The notes under the pieces are model-generated. The model saw only the letters and a program-made list of their open reading frames with translations. It ran no database searches and had not been told where the DNA came from. The position numbers and the translations under genes are program-made. Positions 1-10,169 of a DNA stretch of 64,000 nt are shown in pieces (position 1 is the first letter of the stretch; each line of letters begins with the position of its first letter). The stretch comes from Spironucleus salmonicida (lineage: Eukaryota), in contig NC_090597.1 in the NCBI RefSeq assembly GCF_000497125.1, forward strand, positions 631,797 through 695,796, given 5' to 3'.

Positions 1-3000
1 AAGAGTACGTATTCTTGAATGTGACAGATATCAAATTTGGATACATTCCTCTATCCAGTATACAATAGATTGAATCTGTATCTCCATATAAAACCAATTC
101 TTTCAATTCATCGTTTATATGTCTCATTAATGTGTATAACAGTGTTCTTTATACGGATGTTATCGCTCCTGCGAATGATGCGTTTGATTAAGACCTTTAT
201 GTTTGTTGCAACTGTTCTTCATAATTAAATGTATTCTTAAATATATTTTATCCCACCAGTTAAACTGTGCAATCCTTGTGTAGCTCCTTATGGCACTGTT
301 CAAATATGAACTCTCCTTAATGAAATTATGTTGTGGGTCTTACCACGTTTTGACCTGTTTTACTATATATTGCATTTAATAACAGCTTATAGAACGATTT
401 ACCTCCAGGGTTTAACTTTATTGATCTATAATCCTACTATCCTTTCTGTTTTATATATGCTATGCCATTATCATACTTATAATCAAACTTACAATCATTT
501 GCTAATTGCTTTAGTACAGTTTCATCCTTATAACCATCTTGATCTGAGTGCAATGTCTTGTTGAACATCTATGAATTAATGTAATTATTTCCATCATATT
601 TCTTATCATTAAAACTTGTTATTTAGTACGTATGTATCTTGCATCTATCCCTGAACGTATAACCTTCGTATAAAGCATTTATCAATTCAATCTCATGCCA
701 AAACCCATAAAGATATCTTTATTCGAGGTTGTGCTTACATTTATAATGATTGTTAACATTTAAACATTGCTATTCTGCACATGTTCTACATAAAGGAAAT
801 ATCAACTTGTTACAAATATGACATCCTAACACTGGGAACTTTAAATCCCTTGGTGGTAACATCTAACATTTGATTTATATTACTCGTTACTTCTTATCAC
901 ATCCAGCTAAGTAGTATTGAAGTCTTTACTCTGCTGTAATCTTCCTTGGTATGCTCCTAACGTATTCAATTAAGTTATCAATATAGGCTTAATCAAGTTT
1001 AAACTTATGTTTTGCTATATCTTTTGAATCAATATTTTTAGTATATGTTGAGCTTTCTGCCTGTGTTCCAACAATTAAATCTCTTAAAGGTAAGTTTCCA
1101 AATACCATGCCTGAAGGGTAAAGCGATGTGAAGCCAATTCCGTACAGCTTTTCGTTTGGTCTATCTATTTCTCTACAATGAGTGTAGCATTCAGTTCTTA
1201 CTCCTGCTAATATCGATCTATTGCTTATGTTGTATTATGGAGGCATCTCTATCTTGATATCATTGTCTTATTCAAATTTAATAAACTCAACGTCTGTTAC
1301 ATGAAATATGTCCTCAAATGCTCCTTCATTCATTCTATCTTTTAAGCGTAAATCTTTTGTTTGATGTTGCCTCTTCCGTTCTTTCATTACTTTATAATAC
1401 TTATATGTTTGTCTTAATTCCTTAAACCTATGGTAGAACACTCCATTCAATTCTAAGCCAAACTTCTTAGTTATGCGATCTATTATACCATGGGATACTA
1501 TATCGATATTGTATTTTGTATCTAAGATCCTTTGATTTATAGTACCTTTGTTATCTTGGTAAAGTTGGTTCCTAAAAGTTTATTTAGCATTTCACTATTA
1601 TTCAAAGTTAGATATGATACGCGATACTCGTATTTCGATTTGTTATGTATTAGATCTTAATAACCTATTTATATCTTTATATTGCAGTGGTGTGTGAATA
1701 GGTTCATTGGCATTGCTGATGCTGTTAAATAGTTGAGGATGTTGACACCCTATTCCTTTAGTGATACTTCTACCCATTTCACAAGAGCTTTGCTTAAAAT
1801 GAGCTATCTTGAATACAATAATTAATATACTAATCAATGAAGTCTAAGTGATCATAGTCGTTAGCATATTAATTGAACTCATCCAAGCTTAACTTATCAA
1901 AATATTTGTGCTATAGAATGCCTTCTTTTACTAATTCACTTATTGATTTAAGACTCCCTCCGTTTTAAATATACAAATCAAATATCTCTTTTGTTAAGAA
2001 CGTGTATGACTATAGTTGTTTTCCAACTTCAAGTCCAAGGGCCAATTCCTTATTTAGTTTAGATAATGGTGAAGTTATGAGTCTAAACGAATCCTTAAAC
2101 GACATTCCATTTATTTTCAAATTCAATAGCTTGTTGTTTGTAATCAGTGTTTCGAATTCGAATTGCTCTTTCACTTTCATTATAGCTGCTAATAATAAGT
2201 ATTTGTCATATGCTGCTGCATTGTGTGCATAGAAGTCTTTTATCTTATATTTCTTAGCTATTGGTTCCATGTGCCTTATAAATTTGATTAGCAAATCGTC
2301 TGTTGAAGTCATGTAGCTGCCTGGTTCTTTTAATCTAAGTGCGTTATCATAAAAGTGATCCATCTCTTCGTATGGTTTTGTTTCCTTATCGTGTATGTTT
2401 ATAATCCATATTACTAAAAATGGGATGTGTTTCATTGAATAGTTTGAATAGTTATCATCATCTTCATTTAGATTATCGAATAGGCTTTCTATATCCCAAG
2501 TTAGAAATGATTTCTATTCATCATAAAGGTTTCCTTATTTGAAGTACTATCCTTCATATTCAATTTACGTTTTACATTTGCGTGATGAGTTGTGTGTCGT
2601 ATTACAATGACTGCATGGTGAAAACTTCTCGCATTGCTTTTAATGTCGTTCTAAGCATTTGCTATTGGGTGTGTTATGGAGCTATGTTCTACAGTTTTAA
2701 CATTAATAACTTTTGTTGTCTTTTGATCTTACATGACTGTAGTTGCAAAACGTACAATAATACTTAGTAGCCACTTCTTCTGCTTGTGTACATTCATAAC
2801 ATTGGTTCTTCTTATGGAATAGGTTTTGGTGTTGATAGCAATAAATATATTCCTTGTGCATTGGGTTTATTGTATTTATGCATTGCTTAAAATCCATTAT
2901 GACATTGTAATGTCCACTGCATAAAACTAATAAAAGCTCCATTTCTGAATTTGGATACAAGTCATTTACTTTATTAACTTCTGCTACTCTTATCTTTATA

Positions 3001-4409
3001 TTCAAATACCTTTCTGCTCTTATTAGTATCTCTGTATCTGCTAACTCCTCTGCATCTTTGTTGATTTCATTTATAAGCATATGCGTATAGTATTATAAGT
3101 ATTAGTTTCTAGCTTGAGTTTTGTCTAAGGGCTTATCTAAATACGTTTGTAAAGCCTTACCTGCATCAAATACTATTGTGGCCATTGCATATGGTTTTGC
3201 TCCTAACTAAAAGATATGTTTCTTATCAACTGTTTTTGATTTCTTGGTGAATGTTGCGATGATGGCCGCGTATAGACAGTTGTGGTCATTATTTTTGACA
3301 AAGAATATAGACCCTTTAAATTTTTACTCTAGTGTTGCGTTTCCTTAATACCGATGACCTACATTTCTACATATCAATCCTATTTAAGAACCTTCGTCAT
3401 ATTAACGATATACTTTTGATACATAAAACTCATCCTTCTCTTTACATACTTTTTATACTATTTATTCAGAAGAAATGACCTATACGTTTATGACACCAAT
3501 ATTTTAAAAAAGCATTACATCTGTATTTTTAACATCTCTATTAAAATACTTCTCTCCATTGTCCATTACTTCTTCAAATATTGATTCTAATAGACTTGAC
3601 ATCTAATTTTAAATTATGAATCCTATAGGAATGATGTTACCGTTTTATTTAATATATCTAATATTTGCAAACACATATGTGTCTTAATAATTACACTTGC
3701 CGTAATATAGACCCATATAAGGTGCATCCGTTATGATTTCAAAGGGAATCTTACTGTTAAAGTTATTTTAAAAGTCTTCAAAGGAGTTAATGTAATTTAA
3801 ATCTATCTGGTCTAATTTGAAATCCTTCCTTATGGTCTAAAGTGTGTTATCGTTTTCGTTAGTATATTTATCATAATTAATTTTGAATTCTTGTATTTGT
3901 GCTACACCTTGTAACTTTGATATCTTATCTAATTCATTATTAAGTTTATTTAACAGTCTAGGTTCTAATCCTTTTTGAATTCTTGTTTTAAGTTATGCTT
4001 TCATTTATTCATATTTAATACTCTAAACTCTTATTTAACTAACTCTTTCGGTGTACTCTCTTTATTTAATGAATTGGTTGTCGAATCTGTATGTATCGTT
4101 TTTAATCTTTTGTATATTGGCTTTCACTTTATTGTCTAAGATGTTTATGCAATCGTAAGGTCTTTCAAATTAATTATAATCTATCTTTTTGAAATTGCTT
4201 CTATATATTTGTTGTATTTATTTCTTTAGTTACTTAATTTGATCTTTTGATAAGTTATCCATATATATTTTTTTTAGTTTTGATTATAGCATTTAAAACC
4301 GTTTAATAATCTTTTTATATTTATCATTTTATGGCGACACAATAGCGCCAAGTCTATTTTATGCCGATTCTATTGTTTTGTTGAGAATCAAGTTATAGTT
4401 GATGCTCAT
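1..4409 (-). pseudogene. Protein-primed family B DNA polymerase (TP-OTU-ZnF-Exo-Vsr-Pol), copy 1, frameshifted; runs off the window
   Basis: With TAA/TAG=Gln the frame is open from ATG 4409 (MSINYNLILNK...) to TGA 1779 (876 aa). It contains NNDHNCLYAAI (~3261-3293), SGHY (~2907-2918), CxxC/H clusters, ExoI WDIES (2484-2498), ExoII YAHNAAAYD (~2205-2232) and ExoIII YCIQD (1806-1820). After 1-nt deletions at ~1804 and ~1540 come ELNGVFYH, GVRTE, motif A GFTSLYP (~1115-1135), PVLG...KLIFPLCRTCA, motif B KLLLNAIYSKTGQ (~350-390) and motif C YGDTDS (72-89). Confidence 0.9.
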
Positions 4410-4439
4410 TTGTTATAAGTTAAAAAAATGGTATCTTTT

Positions 4440-5017
4440 CTTTGGACATAATAATTTTGATATAGTTGTATCTTTCGATTTTCTTTATTTATTTTATAAT
4501 GTTCTCTATGCTTTGTGTGGCCGTTCCTTTATATTCTCTTCTTTGTTCTGGTCTTCCTAAATGCTTGGAATGTATTTGTTCTCTTTCTATAATTTCTTTT
4601 GTCTTGTTGATTTTCTGACTTAACTTTTGCAATTTTGAAAATGGGTTATACTACTTTCCGGGGTTTAGACTGGGTGCTTACTACTTTATTATTTTTAGAT
4701 TGCGTTATTTATTTCGTTTTATATAATATTCATATGTTTGAATGATCTTTCGAGTTCATTGTATTTATCCAAATTAATATTATTGGCATGTTATTGTGTT
4801 TTAATCGATTTGATTTATTTGATTATTATTTTACTATTTTAACTTGATCATTTGATAAATCATCTTTTGCTATTCTGTTTATTTTTAATTAAGAATTTCA
4901 AGTTGATGAGTTATAATTTATATTGATTTGATTTCAATTTGATAATTATGGGATTAAAAGATTTCTCTTTACGGTATTTATATTCTCTGTTAGGATCCTG
5001 TTGTAATTGAATGCCAT
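4440..5017 (-). pseudogene. Degenerate element ORF upstream of pPolB (hypothetical, K/N/Q-rich)
   Basis: ATG 5017 follows a T7 tract, as the pPolB start does. It begins MAFNYNRILTENINTVKRNL, resembling pPolB MSINYNLILNKTIESAQNRL. TGA after 27 codons; protein-like sequence continues in other frames. 3' end uncertain. Confidence 0.35.
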
Positions 5018-5441
5018 TTTTGTATATGTAAAAAAATATGTATTTCATAATGCATTTTTTTTGGGTTACATTCTTTCCCCTTTTTTTGATATATTTATTG
5101 GATTTGGGCGATGATGATAATTAATTAAAATTGACGTATAATTTTGGCCAAAAATTCGGCGCTGGGGCAACCCACCCGTCCCCAATCTCTAAAGACATCG
5201 CGGGTGTGTGCGGGTTGCTTGATCATGTATTAATTTTTATAGCAATGTGTTTTTTTTGAAAATTTCGATTTCCAAATATTGCAGAATTACCATGTTGGAT
5301 GGAACTCCCAACTACTGTTTTAATAATCTAAATGCTTTTATCATAAAATTTTAAGAAAAATAGTAGATTCGAAGAAACCTGGAGTAGTAAAACTACATAT
5401 AGTAATTTTTATTTTACTAGGTTTTAAATTTATTTGTTACA

Positions 5442-6317
5442 TCACTTCTTTGCTTTCCTTATGAAGTAATAAGCTAATCCACCACCAGCAGCACTTATTA
5501 CGGCCAAACCGCCTATTACTATACCAGTTATTGCACCACCACTTAATTTGTTGGCACCAGGAAGTATAGATTAAGATATACATAGTTCACCAAATTTTTC
5601 ATAGCCTTTAGCACAGTCTGTGCATTTATCATCACTAGCCTTGACATATCCAGCTAGACATAAATCGCATCCAGAGTTCTCTGTGTTACAGGTAGCACAT
5701 CCCTATTAATTACTACATGCACATTCCGAAGTCGCATCGGCAGCACAATCCGTGGCAACACCATCAAGACAATATTTATCCTAAGTAAGACCATTACACT
5801 ATTTAGTGCATTTCCCTTCGATAGTTAAGACATTATTCATACTACTTGGTTCGCATGTGGCGCAAAATTCAGAAGATATGCACAGTGAGCAGTTCAGGGC
5901 ACAAGGCTTGCAATACTTAACAGATAAGTCGCAGTATCCTATACCCTTATCTGAACATTATTTATTAGTTGAACACGTATTTTCACATTTATTGGTACTT
6001 TTATTCAATATCTTCCCTTTATTGCAAGAAGTACATTTATCTTCAGTAGATTCGCAAGTTTAACAGTCAACAGAGCATGATTCACATTTTCCAGTATTAT
6101 CTAAAAATTATTCTTCGGTACACTTAGTACATTTTTCATCTGCACACAACTAACATCCATTTGAAGCAGTGTTATCAATGCAATTACAACTATGCGCACC
6201 TGACGTAGAAATCTAAGTGCATGGTTTGCAATCGGCCTCAGTTTCGGTCGTGGCTGGGCAAAAAGTATTAGCTAAACATTTATTACTAGTTACTGTACAC
6301 TTTCCTGAATTTATCAT
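5442..6317 (-). CDS. Cysteine-rich membrane protein (CRMP1-like), 291 aa
   Basis: [21 protein letters not shown]..., CXXC repeats, [30 protein letters not shown], tail IRKAKK*. 876 nt, in frame with TAA/TAG=Gln; stop lies in AGTGA. Confidence 0.9.
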
Positions 6318-6687
6318 TTAAAAAAAATGATTTCACAATATAAGTTAAACAGTTGTTAGTATATTTTTAGTTTATCTATATATACATTAAAGTAATATAT
6401 AATTTATGTTATATTATCATAAAAACAAAAAATACTATTATTTTCGAGTAATAATGGTTAATTTAAAAACTCTGTAACTTATTGCTACTAAATATTATTT
6501 AATATAAGCTATATTTTAGAATGTCTAAAATATTTTTATAATTAAAATGGCAAATAAGTATATTTAATACGTAGTTATATTCACTTTTTTTAATTTCATA
6601 ATTCTAATTTTAACATTTTTATATTTATTGAATATTTATATACTATAACCGTATTGAATTTAACTAAAAAACTATTAATAATAAATA

Positions 6688-7554
6688 TCATTTCCTAACC
6701 GTCCTAATGAAATAGTAAGTCATCCATCCACCAACTACCACTAAAGCACTGATAACTATGCCGGCGATCGTACCGCCCCCTAGTTTGTTGCTAGATTCGC
6801 TGGTAGTAGGTTTGATGCATTGACCAGCAAAATGAACATGACCTTCTGCGCAGTATGTGCATTTTCTTTCGGACCCATCGCAAAAGTTTTTAGGTAAGTG
6901 ACACACCCAGTTTTATCGGCACTATAAAGTTGCACATCCCAATTAACTGCTATATGAACATTCCGAAGTCGCATCGGCAGCACAATCTGTGGCAACACCA
7001 TCAAGACAATATTCACTAGCTTGAATATTATTACATTATTTAGGGCATTTTCCATCGATAGTTAGAACATTGTTGTTATCAGTTGTTCTGCATACGATGC
7101 AAAATTCAGCAGATATGCACATTGAGCAGTTAGGGGCGCAAGGCTTGCAATGTTTGGCACATAGGTCGCAATACCAAAGATTACACTTTGAGTAATCTTT
7201 TAACTCAGAACCTGATGTTTAACAATTCTCAGCACTTATATGGAAAACAAAACCCTCTTTGTAGGAGGTATATTGTTTTGCTGCAGAGTAGCAGGTAGCG
7301 CAATTTCCATCAGATACTAAAAATTTTGGATCAGAAGTTAAGAGATTTCCATCTAAGCATTTGGAACATTTATCCGCAGTAGATAATGCACAAGTTGATG
7401 TTGGTGCATCTACTGCACAATTACAGCCTTGACCGGAAGATATTTTACCGCCTTCGCATGCAATGCAATCTACTACTTCTGTACCGGTAGCTGGGCAGTA
7501 AGTGTTAGCAATGTATTTATTTTCACTATTTGTGTATTCCCCAGCAAAAATCAT
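6688..7554 (-). CDS. Cysteine-rich membrane protein, 288 aa, eroding paralogue of the 5442-6317 gene
   Basis: Continuous frame from ATG 7554 to TGA 6688 with TAA/TAG=Gln. CXXC motifs, several Cys lost, a short compensated frameshift at ~6885-6930, TM GGGTIAGIVISALVVVGG, tail IRTVRK*. Confidence 0.75.
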
Positions 7555-7609
7555 TTTTGAAACAAAGTTGTTTTTAATGTTCTATATTTTCGTAGACAGT
7601 GTTACTTTT

Positions 7610-8450
7610 GTTAAAATTAACTTCTAAGTGTATGGTATTTACTTGGATGATCTAACTCAAAATTATCATAAACAGATTTGTTGTACATTGGACAATATAG
7701 AAGCGATATTAAACTTTTACTTATACCTTGTCATATTTACTACCGTAAATTTTTTTATATAGATATACTTAAATTTGGTATTTTATATATGTACTGAATA
7801 AAGCATATTGTACTATAGTATTATTCCAAATATTGCTGGAGACTTATTAACACCAATCCGACCAATTGATTTAAGCTTCCATGGTTGAAAAATAATTATA
7901 ACTTGCGAGCAGAAGCCTGAATGCAAATAAAGGTGTTAATGCGGTTCTGTACGGATGTAAATAATCCACAATAATAATATTAACAACGTTTTCTGATATT
8001 AAGCACCAAACTAATTATTGATTATACTTTTTTGGTAACCTAAGTAGGAGAAAGATTATTAAATATGGTACAAATAAAATAAATATATACAATAAAGTTA
8101 TTATCATTTATTTTTTTGCCAATACTTTAGTTGAATCATTATCAGCTAGCTAGATATTGTAGTTGTAGAGCGTTGGATATTGGAGATTTTAAATTGATCG
8201 TTGCTTTTTCTTGACAATGAACATATAAACCAGAAAACCGACAGTTACACCAACCGTGAGTAACACGCCTATAACTATACTAATATATATCCAATCATCA
8301 TCTAGTGATCTGTACATGGCAAGTACCATATGTAGGGGAATCATTATTTTACATTTAGCGATAACCCTGCAGAAGTAAGTCACCATCAAAATAGAGTAAA
8401 AGATCATTTATGGTTTCAAAAAACACATCGGAATTTCATTATTCTTATCC
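7610..8450 (+). repeat. ~0.8 kb direct repeat of 48000-48830
   Basis: Near-identical core 7700-8050 vs 48090-48440 (e.g. cttgtcatatttactaccgtaaatttttttatatagatatacttaaatttgg). It also carries the small TM ORF. Confidence 0.9.
8189..8407 (-). CDS. Small putative single-pass membrane protein (mini-CRMP-like); true stop lies further downstream
   Basis: Hydrophobic N-terminus, 2 Cys, TM ISIVIGVLLTVGVTVGFLVYMFIV followed by KKKQ. Paralogues at 48526-48795 (-) and ~19956-20200 (+). TAA at 8189 is Gln in this code, so the 3' end is undefined. Confidence 0.4.
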   Translation of the reverse strand: MIFYSILMVTYFCRVIAKCKIMIPLHMVLAMYRSLDDDWIYISIVIGVLLTVGVTVGFLVYMFIVKKKQRSI

Positions 8451-10169
8451 GCAAATATGAAATACGGACACCCTATCGAAAAGCTATAAACACAGTTTTA
8501 TTCTTCTTGGTTGGTGACTTCCTACTAAATGATTTATAAAAACTAAATAGAAACAATTTATTTTAGGAGAGCTAAACTTCATTGTGTATACGATAATGTT
8601 GACTTAAAATAATACTTCCATGGGCAGTCTATATTATCTAAATAACAGGATTGTATCATGATAGTATAATGGTAAGAGGAATAATTTATCAGTTGATTAA
8701 CAGTGCATGTTCTACGTCTTGTTGAGCGAAGCATTAGTCGTACCTTAATAGGTATCTGAATCTGCAAGGTGATCCTTCTATAGATAACTAGCTATTCAAA
8801 ATCACATTAAATACTAGAATAGAATATTAATATAATATAGTTAATACGATTTAACATATCTAGATTATCTACACCTGTCGTAAAGTAAGACATTGCACTG
8901 CAATTAACCTTAATCATTACAAGTTATTATAATATTACTTTACTCAATATTCTTGCCAATTTAATATATTTTTAAGACAATCAAGTATGTCTCAAAAGTA
9001 ACAATTAATATTGCAGCAAAATCTCTACAATCTGAAAATATACAATTTACCATTCCTAAATTGTACTGCAAACTATACAACATGATTTTATCAGACATTC
9101 TTCTTGTCTCATGGCATTTGCACTAAATTTGATTTAACCAGTATAGCCCACAAAGATATGGTGAGACTTGCAACGAAAATATCATAACGGCAAATCACTG
9201 TGAAAGTTCCAAATTGTGCAAGTTTGATCAGATCGGATATATTACAATTTTAGAGTTCGTCTTCTTGTAATTAGTAGAATATGGTATCTGATTATTGGGA
9301 ATTTAGAGATATAGTTAAATGGATAATAAGTTAGTATTGTGATAGTTAAAATGCGATAAACGAGTTTTCTAGAAATATAAAATTTAATCAGGTGGCGCTA
9401 TACGTAATTTTAGAATATTATAGTATAATATATCTTAATATGGAGATTGCGAATAATTAATTCAATTATTATTAGCATAGTAGTATTTTATTTCTAGGAT
9501 TATTAAATATACTCACATATATGTTCCGAGTATATTAATATCGCAGAAACGAAATATGGTTAATAAAAATATAAGCTGGTCAAGCCGCATGGACAGGTAC
9601 CTTGCGGAACGGCAAAAGTTTCATATAGTAATACATCTATATCTATATAAATGCTTGATAATAAGATATCATTTTGTATTAGGTAAGCGAAAGCAAATTT
9701 AACTTGAGCGAAGTCTGTTGGACATTATTTTTTATCATCGTTGCTGGTGGTTGTATCCGTATGCTGAATCTATTTCTGTGTTAAATTTGTTAGTAAGACC
9801 TTGCTAACCCTATTTACTTACAAGACATCAAGAGTTATTGGTAAACTTCGTAAGATATGCAATAAACGGCATATAATGTATATTTATTAAATAGTTCGAG
9901 TTAGGTATTTTTAATACTTGCATAATATATTAACTTATAAAAACAACCAGTAAAATTTTAACAATAACTTTTGTATTAATGTGTTAATAATAATATACTT
10001 GAAATTTGCATTTCACAAATAATTATGCTTTGTATATTTATCTATAATTAAATTCACTTTGTGATAATATAAGTATAATGTAAATTATTTAAGTATTGTT
10101 AAAAACTAGAAACTGCTATCAAATAATACAACATAATTAATAGAATATATGAAATTAAATCTTTATAAA

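Larger units (their letters stand above)
1..5230 (-). mobile_element. Polinton/Maverick-like (or linear-plasmid-like) pPolB element, copy 1; 5' part, cut by the left window edge
   Basis: Encodes a protein-primed PolB (next feature). Positions 1-3322 align almost base for base with 60678-64000. A GC-rich island at 5150-5230 is the likely boundary with the host CRMP cluster. Boundary approximate; no TIR or TSD seen. Confidence 0.75.

Noticed and set aside
37-564. Plus-strand track ORFs conserved in both element copies (37-228, 328-564 and twins at 60714, 61005)
   Set aside because: They are antisense to pPolB motifs B and C, and their conservation merely reflects the DNA duplication.
1770-1825. 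Programmed -1 ribosomal frameshift after ExoIII
   Set aside because: There is no canonical X XXY YYZ slippery heptamer, and the downstream polymerase lacks the motif-A Asp in both copies, so recoding would not restore activity.
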